From: Desulfatiglandales bacterium | Lineage (GTDB): Bacteria; Desulfobacterota; DSM-4660; Desulfatiglandales; HGW-15 | Direction of reading: 5' to 3' | DNA length: 64,000 nucleotides | NCBI GenBank assembly: GCA_963667015.2 | Contig: CAXXJJ010000001.1 | Location: forward strand, 1,792,001-1,856,000 | Shown: one piece after another, positions 9,951 to 18,506 of the stretch | How the letters are laid out: the number at the start of each line of letters is the position of its first letter | How positions within the stretch are numbered: the stretch's first letter is position 1 | Notes under the pieces: generated by a model | Told to the model about the DNA's origin: nothing | The model's database searches: none | Seen by the model: the letters and a program-made list of their open reading frames with translations, nothing else | Position numbers and translations under genes: made by a program

Positions 9951-11086
9951 ACATGAACCTTGTAAATGTAAAAGCCATCGCACGCAAGGAATTCTATCAC
10001 CTGTTACGAGACTTCAGAAGCCTTTACATGGCCTTTCTTATGCCCCTGCTTCTTATACTCATGTTCGGGTATGCCCTGAGCCTTGATGTGGATAATGTAA
10101 GTGTCGTAGTTGTTGATCATGACAAGACTCCGTTAACAAGAGATTTTTTAACAAAGCTTGACGCATCGCCTTATTTTAATATAACAGCTTACCCCAATGA
10201 CGTTTCCGACGCCGCGATATATCTTGATAAGGGAAACGCTACTATAGCCCTTGTTTTTCCTCCGGGCTGGACAGACAACATTAAGTCGGATTCCGACTCT
10301 CCATTGCAGGTTTTAATGGATGGCGCTGATCCTAACTATGCAACTATTTCAAAAGGCTATATCGAGTCATTTGTAGAAGTCTATAATAACAGCCTGCTCA
10401 GTGATTACCTTAACCGAATGGGCATGAACAAAATCAAACCCCCTGTAAATGCAAAAATCAGGATCTGGTTTAACGAGGAGCTTGAAAGCAGTAACTTTAT
10501 TGTGCCGGGTATCATTGCTATTATCATCATGATAGTAGGAGTTATTTTAACATCCCTTGTTATAGCAAGGGAATATGAAAACGGCACAATGGAGACCATC
10601 AGGTCTCTTCCCATAAAGGCAGAAGAGTTTTTCCTGGGCAAGGCTATACCCTATTATTTTATCGGTTTCGCGGATGTGCTTGTGGCAGTGCTTATGGGGC
10701 AGATACTTTTTGGCGTTGTGATCAAGGGAAGTTTTATTCTTATGCTTATTGCCTCTACCCTTTACCTTATGGTAGCCCTTAGCATGGGACTGTTTATTTC
10801 TGTCGCTGTAAAATCCCAGCTTGTTGCAAACCAGATTGCAATCCTGACTTCGTATCTACCTGCATTGATGTTATCGGACTTTGTATTCCCGATTGAAAAT
10901 ATGCCGGTCATGCTAAGAAATATTTCACGTGTTGTACCTGCCAAATACTTTATTGATATACTTAACGGCCTGTACCTGCGAAATATAGGCCTTTCCTACA
11001 TCTGGAAAGACTACATGATTCTTTTAATAATGTTCTTTATATTTTTTGCTCATACTCTAAAAAAGCTTAAAAAGGAGGGCATGTAA
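9947..11086 (+). CDS. ABC-2 exporter permease (YbhS-like)
   Basis: AIARKEF...FGYALSLDV, WFNEELES, AREYENGTME, multiple TM helices. Confidence 0.9.
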   Translation: MNMNLVNVKAIARKEFYHLLRDFRSLYMAFLMPLLLILMFGYALSLDVDNVSVVVVDHDKTPLTRDFLTKLDASPYFNITAYPNDVSDAAIYLDKGNATIALVFPPGWTDNIKSDSDSPLQVLMDGADPNYATISKGYIESFVEVYNNSLLSDYLNRMGMNKIKPPVNAKIRIWFNEELESSNFIVPGIIAIIIMIVGVILTSLVIAREYENGTMETIRSLPIKAEEFFLGKAIPYYFIGFADVLVAVLMGQILFGVVIKGSFILMLIASTLYLMVALSMGLFISVAVKSQLVANQIAILTSYLPALMLSDFVFPIENMPVMLRNISRVVPAKYFIDILNGLYLRNIGLSYIWKDYMILLIMFFIFFAHTLKKLKKEGM

Positions 11087-12208
11087 ATGAACTTCCTGTG
11101 CGTAAGAGAACTTATAAGAAAAGAGTTTATTCAGCTTTTCAGAGAAAAGAAAAACAGGCCTCTCCTGTTTGTTGCACCTTTACTGCAGCTTATAATATTC
11201 GGCTATGTAGTTTCCACGGATGTAAAAGATGTAACCATGGCCGTGCTTGATCAGGCAAATACCTATGAAAGCCGAAAGCTTATCGATGCATTTGATGCAA
11301 ACAAAACATTCAGGGTAACAGCAAGGGCTGCAAATGAACATGAACTGGAAGAATATATCCTTAAAAGGAAGGTGCATGTTGGCTTAAAGATTAATCCTGA
11401 TTTCAGCGAGAAAATTAAAAAAGGTGATACTGCCGATATCCAGATACTTGTTGACGGAAGTATGAGTAATATATCAGCAACAAGAATGGCATATATGAAT
11501 ATGCTGCTTAGAGATTTCAATAAACAGATGATAAGGGACCGCCTGCAAAGGGAATTGAGTTACGGCAGGGTAGACGTAAGAACAAGAACATGGTTTAACC
11601 CGAACCTTGACAGTTATTACTTTTTTGTGCCGGGCATTGTGGCTTTTTTAATAATGCTGATATCGCTCCTTTTCACATCCCTTGCCATAATAAGGGAAAA
11701 AGAAGCCGGGACCATGGAACAGCTTATTGTTACCCCGGTAAAGCCCATGGAGTTTATAGCCGGCAAGACAATACCCTATGCCATAATATCAATCCTGCAG
11801 ATGATTGCTGTAATAGCCTTTGCACTGTTCTGGTTCAAGGTTCCTATGGAGGGGAGTATTCTGATATTGTTTTTGGGGAGTATACTTTTTCTTTTAAGTA
11901 CACTTGGGATAGGTCTTTTCATATCCGCAATATCAAGCACGCAGCAGCAGGCAATGATGACAACCTTCTTTTTTATCCTGCCCTTTTTTATGCTGAGCGG
12001 CCTTATTTTTCCAATCGTAAATATGCCTGTTGTAATCCAGTGGCTGACATTGCTGAATCCTCTGAGGTACTTCCTTGTCATAATAAGAGGTATCTTCCTT
12101 AAAGGTGTCGGCATGGGTGCACTTTGGCCCCAGTTTGTTGGGCTTTTGATTTTGGGTGTGGTTGTGTTTGCCGGAGCTATGAGGTTTTTCAGGAAAAGGA
12201 TGGATTAA
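11087..12208 (+). CDS. ABC-2 exporter permease (YbhR-like)
   Basis: LIRKEFIQ, WFNPNL, IIREKEAGTMEQLIVTP, NPLRYF..IIRGIFLKG. Confidence 0.9.
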   Translation: MNFLCVRELIRKEFIQLFREKKNRPLLFVAPLLQLIIFGYVVSTDVKDVTMAVLDQANTYESRKLIDAFDANKTFRVTARAANEHELEEYILKRKVHVGLKINPDFSEKIKKGDTADIQILVDGSMSNISATRMAYMNMLLRDFNKQMIRDRLQRELSYGRVDVRTRTWFNPNLDSYYFFVPGIVAFLIMLISLLFTSLAIIREKEAGTMEQLIVTPVKPMEFIAGKTIPYAIISILQMIAVIAFALFWFKVPMEGSILILFLGSILFLLSTLGIGLFISAISSTQQQAMMTTFFFILPFFMLSGLIFPIVNMPVVIQWLTLLNPLRYFLVIIRGIFLKGVGMGALWPQFVGLLILGVVVFAGAMRFFRKRMD

Positions 12209-12226
12209 AAACAAAACCCTTGAATT

Positions 12227-12364
12227 AGCCACGAAACATACGAAAAGTTTTGTTTTTTTAAAAACTTGGAATTAACCACGAAATACACTAAACACACAAA
12301 AGTTTAAAAACGAAAGATAAATTATTTTGTCTTTTTTCGTGCCTTTCGTGTGGTTCGTGGTTAA
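12227..12364. repeat. Inverted pair of 9-bp-period repeats (AACCACGAAAYACACGAA / TTCGTGTRTTTCGTGGTT)
   Basis: Forward copies at 12227-12245 and 12274-12301, reverse copy at 12335-12364. Confidence 0.85.
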
Positions 12365-12394
12365 AAAGCATTTGTATTTTATATGGAGGCCTAC

Positions 12395-12772
12395 ATGGCA
12401 GATATAATTTATAAAGATGAAGTATATACAATACAGGGAGCTGTTTTTGAAGTTTATAAAGAGATGGGTAGCGGGTTTCTCGAGTCTGTCTATCAGGAAT
12501 GTCTTGAAAGGGAATTAAAGTCAAGAGACATACAATTTGAACCACAAAAAGAACTAATTCTTTCTTATAAAGGGAAATTCTTGAAGCAAACCTACCGGCC
12601 CGATTTTATTTTTTACAATTCGATCATTGGATAGATTAAGGCAATTAAAGAAGTCTCAAATGAGCATCGTGCTCAAGTTATAAATTACCTAAAAGCAACA
12701 GGCTATCGATTGGGTTTACTGATAAACTTCGGCCATTATCCAAAAGCAACGGTAGAAAGGATAATACTTTAG
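12395..12772 (+). pseudogene. GxxExxY family protein (PD-(D/E)xK-like) interrupted by an in-frame TAG at 12632-12634
   Basis: MGSGFLESVYQECL motif; the frame continues past the stop as [48 protein letters not shown], a typical family C-terminus. Confidence 0.85.
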
Positions 12773-12773
12773 G

Positions 12774-12858
12774 GCACGTAATTCACACAACGCCAGAAAG
12801 GTTTTAAGAAAAAAATGTTTTTGACTGATTTTCGTGTATTTCGTGTATTTCGTGGTTC
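12774..12858. repeat. 9-bp-period repeat pair (degenerate forward copy plus TTCGTGTATTTCGTGTATTTCGTGGTT)
   Basis: Reverse-type copy at 12830-12858; degenerate cacgtaattcacacaa at ~12775. Confidence 0.7.
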
Positions 12859-12912
12859 AATTTTGCTTTTAGTTTTTTTAATATATAACCCTCTTCCAAT
12901 CCGCTAATCATC

Positions 12913-12941
12913 TTGACGCATATATTTAATATGGCTACAAT
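12913..12941 (+). promoter_or_regulatory. Sigma-70 promoter of vapBC with a palindromic spacer (possible autoregulatory operator)
   Basis: TTGACG-N17-TACAAT; the spacer contains CATAT-attta-ATATG. Confidence 0.75.
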
Positions 12942-12975
12942 AGCTGTATTACTAATATGGTACATAAAGGTGATT

Positions 12976-13182
12976 ATGAGAAAAACAACTGTAGTTATTG
13001 ATGAAACACTTCTGGAAGATGCAATCAAGGCCATTGGCGCTCATACAAAAAAAGAAGCGATTGAGGCAGGCCTCAGATCCCTTGTAAAAAAACACAACAG
13101 GGAGTTGTTGCGGAATGAACTTGGCACATTTGATATTGATCTTTCTTTAGACGATTTAAAGGAACTGAGGAATGCTGATTAA
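12976..13182 (+). CDS. vapB: VapB-family antitoxin (start MRKTTVVIDE)
   Basis: MRKTTVVIDETLLEDA...TKKEAIEAGL ribbon-helix-helix-like; AAGGTG RBS; overlaps the PIN gene. Confidence 0.85.
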   Translation: MRKTTVVIDETLLEDAIKAIGAHTKKEAIEAGLRSLVKKHNRELLRNELGTFDIDLSLDDLKELRNAD

Positions 13183-13597
13183 ACCTGTCCTCATTGATAC
13201 TTCTGCATGGATCTTTGCATTAAGGAAGGAATATGTTCCCGAAATCAAGGATCGGGTTGATCAATTATTAAAAGAAAATCTGGTGGTTATCACAGGGATA
13301 ATCAAGCTCGAAATTCTTACCGGCACAAAGTCCAAATCCGAATATCAACGCCTTAAAAAGAGGCTGACTGCTTTGGATAATATAGGAACGAATGAAAACA
13401 TATGGGATACAGCCTTTGAACTTGCATTCAATCTCAGGAGAAAAGGTTTAACTATACCGCATACCGATATTTTAATAGCCGCTTGTGCCTTATATGAAGA
13501 TTGTATCCTCATACACGCGGATAATCATTTTGACCTCATTGCCCAACACGTTGGCCTACAAACCGAAAGCTATGTGAAGGTAATAAATCAGCAATAA
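13172..13597 (+). CDS. vapC: VapC PIN-domain toxin
   Basis: VLIDTSAWI, IKLEIL.G, DILIAACA, HADNHFD acidic PIN residues. Confidence 0.92.
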   Translation: MLIKPVLIDTSAWIFALRKEYVPEIKDRVDQLLKENLVVITGIIKLEILTGTKSKSEYQRLKKRLTALDNIGTNENIWDTAFELAFNLRRKGLTIPHTDILIAACALYEDCILIHADNHFDLIAQHVGLQTESYVKVINQQ

Positions 13598-13679
13598 CTA
13601 CGACGAAATACACTACATTTTTAAAAGAATAAAGAAAAAGTCTTTTATTTTTTAGTGTCTTTCGTGTGGTTCGTGGTAA
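13596..13679. repeat. 9-bp-period repeat inverted pair
   Basis: aactacgacgaaatacacta ... tttagtgtctttcgtgtggttcgtggtaaa. Confidence 0.75.
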
Positions 13680-13693
13680 AAAAATGTTTGTGG

Positions 13694-14644
13694 TTAGATG
13701 TGCTCAGAAAGCCTTTTCAATGAAAAGATTCCTTCCAGTCCTTTGATGCCCTTTGGCTTTTTCTCATGTTTCGATGAAAAATAATCCTTAAAATCCTGGT
13801 AGACTCGGTCAACAAATGCTTTGCTGCCGATGATGCCGCTGTCTGTAAAATACCGGGTCCGGTAAAGAAAGCGGTCAACGTCATCCACTTCAAAATCCCT
13901 GGATTTTTCTCTCTCCAGGTTTTTTATATTACCTTTTTCGTATAAAAATTTCCGGTAGTATCTCAGGCGTTCACTAATCTTTTTATCATTTACCCCGTGA
14001 AATTCACTTGTGACTGGTTCCCCTATTTCACCGGGGTTGAATTCAGCCAGACCAAAATCAAGGGAAAGAAAGTCATCCTTATTATTCGTCTGTAAATGAT
14101 ATCCGATTGAGCTCCAGCGATAATTTTCCGGCTTCTCCACAATGCCGGCCCTTACAGGGTTTAGATCAATGTAGGCGAGACAGTTGATCAGGGTTTCTCC
14201 ATTATCTACAATCACACTCTTGAAGCGTTCAGACCAGAAAAAACCTTTGCGGTTGTGCCTTCTGTTATAAAATCTGGAAAAGCTCTGCTTTATTTCCTTC
14301 ATATATTCGGAAAGGTCACTCCATTTTTTTCTAAGTTGAAGGATGTTAGTGCAATTTAATTCTCTAGCACTATTCTTTTCACCATAATACAGCTTAAACC
14401 TTTCCTTTATATCATCATCCGAAGACTTATCATCCTGATGCATTCTTACAAGGAGGTGAAAGTGGTTGCCCATAATGCAGAATCCAAGCACTTCAGTAAA
14501 GTAGACTCTGCTGAGTTTCTTTATCAACTCAACCAGATATTCTTTTTCGATGTCACCCAGCACAAATCCATCCAGGGCAGTTCTTGACATTACATGATAA
14601 ACTGCCGGTTCGTTTTTAACTATAATCCTGGCAATTCGGGGCAT
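13694..14644 (-). mobile_element. REP-associated tyrosine (HUH/Y1) transposase, RAYT-like (start MPRIAR at 14644)
   Basis: MPRIAR, YHVMSR, HUH motif MGNHFHLL, FWSERFKS, Y1 motif YIDLNPVRAG, YRWSS; GGAGG RBS. Confidence 0.9.
13989..14041. repeat. Palindromic element lying in-frame inside the RAYT gene
   Basis: tttACCCCGTGAAAT...ATTTCACCGGGGTtgaa; similar ends to 19351-19404; encodes NPGEIGEPVTSEFHGVN. Confidence 0.7.
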
Positions 14645-14765
14645 ATTCGACCTCCTGCATTCCTTGAAAAGAGATTTGGAAATCATACCCAACCCAAATC
14701 ATAAAATCAACAATAATTTGCCTGTCCCCTTTTGTTCCTTTTGTTCCTTTTGTTTTTTTTAAAAA

Positions 14766-14873
14766 AAAGGTGTCGGTATGGATGTATTGTGGCCACAGTT
14801 TGCCGGGCTTTTAATTCTCGGCCTAGTTGTTTTTGCAGGGGCTATGAGTTTTTTCCGGAAAAGAATGGAATAA
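14766..14873 (+). pseudogene. Diverged duplicate of the last 108 bp of the ybhR-like permease gene
   Basis: Ungapped match to 12101-12208 with 21 mismatches in 108 nt (hand count); encodes KGVGMDVLWPQFAGLLILGLVVFAGAMSFFRKRME* versus KGVGMGALWPQFVGLLILGVVVFAGAMRFFRKRMD*. Confidence 0.9.
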
Positions 14874-14875
14874 AT

Positions 14876-15013
14876 ATGACCATGAAAAATATTATCAAAA
14901 AATGGACAATGCCGATCAGTAGATGGCAAGCTATTAATCAGTTTACCATCCTCTTTGAGGAAAGTCGTCCTCTTTTTTAAATGGCTTTTTAGTTACACAG
15001 ATTTTATGATACT
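14876..15013 (+). mobile_element. IS256-family remnant (transposase 3' end plus right terminal repeat)
   Basis: KNIIKKWTMPISRWQAINQFTILFEE resembles the IS256 transposase C-terminus (KKWTMPIxxW..AxNQF.I.F); followed by the IS256-like end AGTTACACAGATTTTATGATACT. Confidence 0.75.
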
Positions 15014-15025
15014 TTTAAATAATTC

Positions 15026-16114
15026 TTAATTAAAGTAGCCGTGATCAAAACCATAGAAATAATTTGCATGCACCACAATAATACTTTCTTTTCCTTTTAG
15101 TGTAAGAATTTCATCAGATGAATGCCTACTAATGCCATATCCTAGTAGTTCTCCCTCTTCAGTACATACGCTAATAACATCTCCCTTGTTAAACTCACCA
15201 TTAACTTTGACAACACCTTTTGCCAATAGTGATCCCCTATTATTATTCTTTTTAATTACTTCTGCGCCATTGTCACTTACGACAACTTCTCCTTTTGGTA
15301 CTGCTCCCGTACAAAGCCATTTTCTTACCCCTGATAGTTTCCTCTGCTTCGGAGCTTTAAAATGCGTACTTCTTACTTTTCCTAACGTGATTTGCCGAAT
15401 AACATTGTCAATATTTCCATTAACTATATAACTATCAATCCCTAAATCAAAGAGCAGTTTTGCAGCATTTAATTTACTATACATTCCGCCAGTGCCAGTT
15501 TGATATGCTTCAATATGTTCACAAATAAGTTCGAATTCCCCTTCTACTGTTTCTATTAACTCTTTCTTTTCATTTTCTGAAAAGTTTTTGTATAGGCCAT
15601 CAACAGATGACAAAAATATGACTTTGTCTGCATTCAGCATTCCGCCTAAATAAGAAGCTAAATGGTCATTATCAGAAAAATTAACCTCTTGTCTATGAAG
15701 AATGTCATTATCATTTACAATAGGAATCACTGAATTAGATATTAAGTTCCTAATAGTGTCTCTTATATTAAAATATTGCATTCTGTTCGCAAATGAATCA
15801 CGGGAGACTAATATTTGTGCAACATTTCGACCAAATTGCATAGAAATATCAGTGTAAAATCTCATTAGCCTAGGTTGCCCTATTGATGCATGATATTGTT
15901 TTCTCTGATCTTTGGGGATGCCTTTCAAGTTGATGCTATTGAAAGATCCAGCTGCTACAGCTCCAGATGTGACCAGTACTACTGGATAGCCATCACCCAT
16001 AACATTTACTAGGTCCTCGATAAGTTTTGCTATCCTCGAATAATTTAACTGACCATTTTTCTGGACTAAAACAGAAGAACCCACTTTTACTACAATTGTT
16101 TCTTTTTTTATCAT
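15026..16114 (-). CDS. proB: Glutamate 5-kinase-like protein with C-terminal PUA domain (divergent ProB)
   Basis: VVKVGSS, VTSGAVAAG, SIGQ, IPIVNDND, FSDND, GTGGMYSK, PUA (SLLAKGVVKVNGEFNKGDVI); ATG at 16114 overlaps the upstream TGA (ATGA). Confidence 0.85.
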   Translation of the reverse strand: MIKKETIVVKVGSSVLVQKNGQLNYSRIAKLIEDLVNVMGDGYPVVLVTSGAVAAGSFNSINLKGIPKDQRKQYHASIGQPRLMRFYTDISMQFGRNVAQILVSRDSFANRMQYFNIRDTIRNLISNSVIPIVNDNDILHRQEVNFSDNDHLASYLGGMLNADKVIFLSSVDGLYKNFSENEKKELIETVEGEFELICEHIEAYQTGTGGMYSKLNAAKLLFDLGIDSYIVNGNIDNVIRQITLGKVRSTHFKAPKQRKLSGVRKWLCTGAVPKGEVVVSDNGAEVIKKNNNRGSLLAKGVVKVNGEFNKGDVISVCTEEGELLGYGISRHSSDEILTLKGKESIIVVHANYFYGFDHGYFN

Positions 16115-18288
16115 ACTTTCACCGCGCAAAAAACATACATTTGAGAATTTTTTCCACTCAATAAATCAAGTAGATGTTGATCAATTTTCAAGACATCCAA
16201 CTCATTAATCTCACCAAGCCATGCTTCGTAACATTCATCTGGTAGAAATGCTATGGGTTTGGCTTTTTCTACAATGAAACCACTATCTTTAAGCATATCT
16301 TCAACACCTTTTGTCATTTTTGTATTGCGTTGGATATATTCACGTTCTTCTCGGTTATAAAAATGTAAGTGACTTGTATATGGACATTCTTTATTCCATG
16401 ATGAGAAAATAAACATTCCATTTGATTTTAGGCTCTCATAAATCCAGTGAATAAAACGGTGCTGATCAACTAAGGGAATATGATTAAAGGTCCCCATCAT
16501 ACATGTTACTAGAGAAAATCGATTATATTCAGGATCATGTTCAAGTATATTCTTTTTTTCAATACATACATTTTCGTCGCCTTCCGAACGCATTTTGCAT
16601 ATATGTATTGCTGCATCATCGATATCGTACCCTACAGCATAAAAACCATTTGCCGAAAGCCATAAAGGGTAGCGACAAGTTGCGCAACCTATATCTAGAG
16701 ACACAGGCTTTCCTTCTGATGGAAACCTAGCATTAAATAGATAGTTCTCTACAGCTGATTTTTCTAAAATTTTTTTTGCATGATCTGAGCGACTTGGATA
16801 TTCATATTTTATATAATTCACAACACCATAATCTACAGATTGAGAAAAGCTAGCTTTCCCTTTTTTCTGATTTGCTATGGAAAATATTTCATTCCTGTTT
16901 CTGTCTTCGAGTAAAGAACGGTATGATGCAGAGTTGCTTGAAACAGTTTTAGTTAGTGAATTTGATGTTTCTACTCCGAGGTTTTCCAACATAGACATTA
17001 TCTCTGGAATATATTTTTTTTCAATGCTTGAAACATTTGCTACTAAATATTGACGAGCATCGTCATAATTTCCTAATCCAATCAATGATTTTGCAAAAAG
17101 AACAACAGCAAGACTGTAATATGGATGAGTAGAATCTACAATTTGTAATCCGTCTACTGCAAGTTGGTATTCTCCAATGGAAAAGCAGAGTATCGATTTT
17201 ATAAATCGATTGAAATCCGTTTCACCATTTTGGGCTCGGTTATCTATGGTTTCTATCAGGTTTTTCGCTTCCTTTTCTTCTATTTCATTATTTGTAATAG
17301 CATTGAGAAGGGAAGGTATAATAACTGTGTCAGGAACACCTTCTTGAAGGGCTAGAATTAAATCCGTATTTTTTTTATTAACATTTGATGTGGATAGAAA
17401 TTTATCAATAGCTAGAATACGTTCTTGATTGAGTTCAATATAAAAGCAAGAAATTGAACCGTCTCCGAGGGCTAGAAAAATATGCCCATGCTTTTCATCA
17501 TATGAAATGTTCCAGATTTCTGATCCCTGATTAGATGTGTATATATTTATATTAGGATCTATTGTTGACCATATTGTCAATTGTCCAGATTTACTTCCAC
17601 TGATAACAAGTTTATCCATTGTGACCACTGAAAGTATATCTCTACCTTCTTTTTTACAAATATTTACGCCATTAGAAGAAGTAGAGAACATGTATGGTCC
17701 ATGAGTTCCTGTGCTGAAAAAATTTTCACGTTCAGAATAAGATATATTGTAACAGTTATTTTTCAGTGATACGATTTTGGAAATTCCATTCTTAATGGAA
17801 TATTTGTATACTCCATCTTTCTCAGCATTGATTAAAATGGAATTTTCGTCAAATTTGCACAGTCCATATAATGGTGTGCCTATTTCAATTCTTTCTATTA
17901 GTTTAGCATTGTCGCAATCAAACGCGTAAAGTCCACCTTCCCATCCAGAAGCAAATACTATGTTACCTAAGATACATGTATCCCATATAGGTTCACTTGT
18001 TTCATGCTGGAGAAGAATTTCATCATCTGAATAAAGCGATACCAATCCTTTCCCTTTTATTTTATCAGCATGTCCTGATGCAAAAGTTATTGTGCCATTA
18101 TTTTTAGTTGCATGGGAAACACCCCATACGGGCATATTATGCGGGTACTCTGTGATTACATTTCCATAGTAGTCAAAGATATAAGAGTTTCCAGATACAT
18201 CACCAACGGAAACTGTTTGAGAATATGGTTCTAAACATATATCAATAATGGAAGTTCCTAGATTTTTTTTCCAAAGATGTGACAGCAT
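16111..18288 (-). CDS. WD40/beta-propeller + TPR-like + class I SAM-dependent methyltransferase multidomain protein
   Basis: aa ~1-285: ~40-aa beta-strand repeats (PVWGVS, PIWDTC, SGSKSGQLTIW, EIWNIS, LGDGSISCF); aa ~360-430 TPR-like (GEYQLAV, LGNYDDARQYL); C-terminal LDIGCATCR, GYDID, MGTFNHI, LKSNGMFIF. Confidence 0.75.
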   Translation of the reverse strand: MLSHLWKKNLGTSIIDICLEPYSQTVSVGDVSGNSYIFDYYGNVITEYPHNMPVWGVSHATKNNGTITFASGHADKIKGKGLVSLYSDDEILLQHETSEPIWDTCILGNIVFASGWEGGLYAFDCDNAKLIERIEIGTPLYGLCKFDENSILINAEKDGVYKYSIKNGISKIVSLKNNCYNISYSERENFFSTGTHGPYMFSTSSNGVNICKKEGRDILSVVTMDKLVISGSKSGQLTIWSTIDPNINIYTSNQGSEIWNISYDEKHGHIFLALGDGSISCFYIELNQERILAIDKFLSTSNVNKKNTDLILALQEGVPDTVIIPSLLNAITNNEIEEKEAKNLIETIDNRAQNGETDFNRFIKSILCFSIGEYQLAVDGLQIVDSTHPYYSLAVVLFAKSLIGLGNYDDARQYLVANVSSIEKKYIPEIMSMLENLGVETSNSLTKTVSSNSASYRSLLEDRNRNEIFSIANQKKGKASFSQSVDYGVVNYIKYEYPSRSDHAKKILEKSAVENYLFNARFPSEGKPVSLDIGCATCRYPLWLSANGFYAVGYDIDDAAIHICKMRSEGDENVCIEKKNILEHDPEYNRFSLVTCMMGTFNHIPLVDQHRFIHWIYESLKSNGMFIFSSWNKECPYTSHLHFYNREEREYIQRNTKMTKGVEDMLKDSGFIVEKAKPIAFLPDECYEAWLGEINELDVLKIDQHLLDLLSGKNSQMYVFCAVKV

Positions 18289-18506
18289 AAATTAAAACCT
18301 CTAGCCAATAGACATGTTTTATTAATAGATACTTGCTTTAGTTTCCACATAGAGGATGATTTCCCCGCTTCCCCGCTTCCCCGCTCAGGCAATGTAAGTA
18401 AAAAAATGACCGAAGGTCAATGAAACTCGCAAGAAAGCGGCTTGAGGAGGAAAATAAATAATACTTAAGTCAGCTTACAGTCAGCAGACGTATAGTTATT
18501 TATGTA

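Noticed and set aside
12632..12634. Pyrrolysine readthrough of the TAG in GxxExxY
   Set aside because: The position is a conserved Glu reachable by a single GAG>TAG change; no pyl genes in the window
12288..13034. Minus-strand ORFs 12288-12545 and 12804-13034
   Set aside because: Antisense to GxxExxY and vapB; the NHEPHERHEK and NHEIHEIHE peptides are just translations of the 9-mer repeat
12227..13679. 9-bp-period repeats as a CRISPR array
   Set aside because: Copies are degenerate, in both orientations, and separated by whole genes rather than uniform spacers; no cas genes
14732..14980. 82-aa ORF as a real gene
   Set aside because: It is a chimera of a low-complexity RAYT flank, the out-of-frame ybhR duplicate and the IS256 C-terminal remnant
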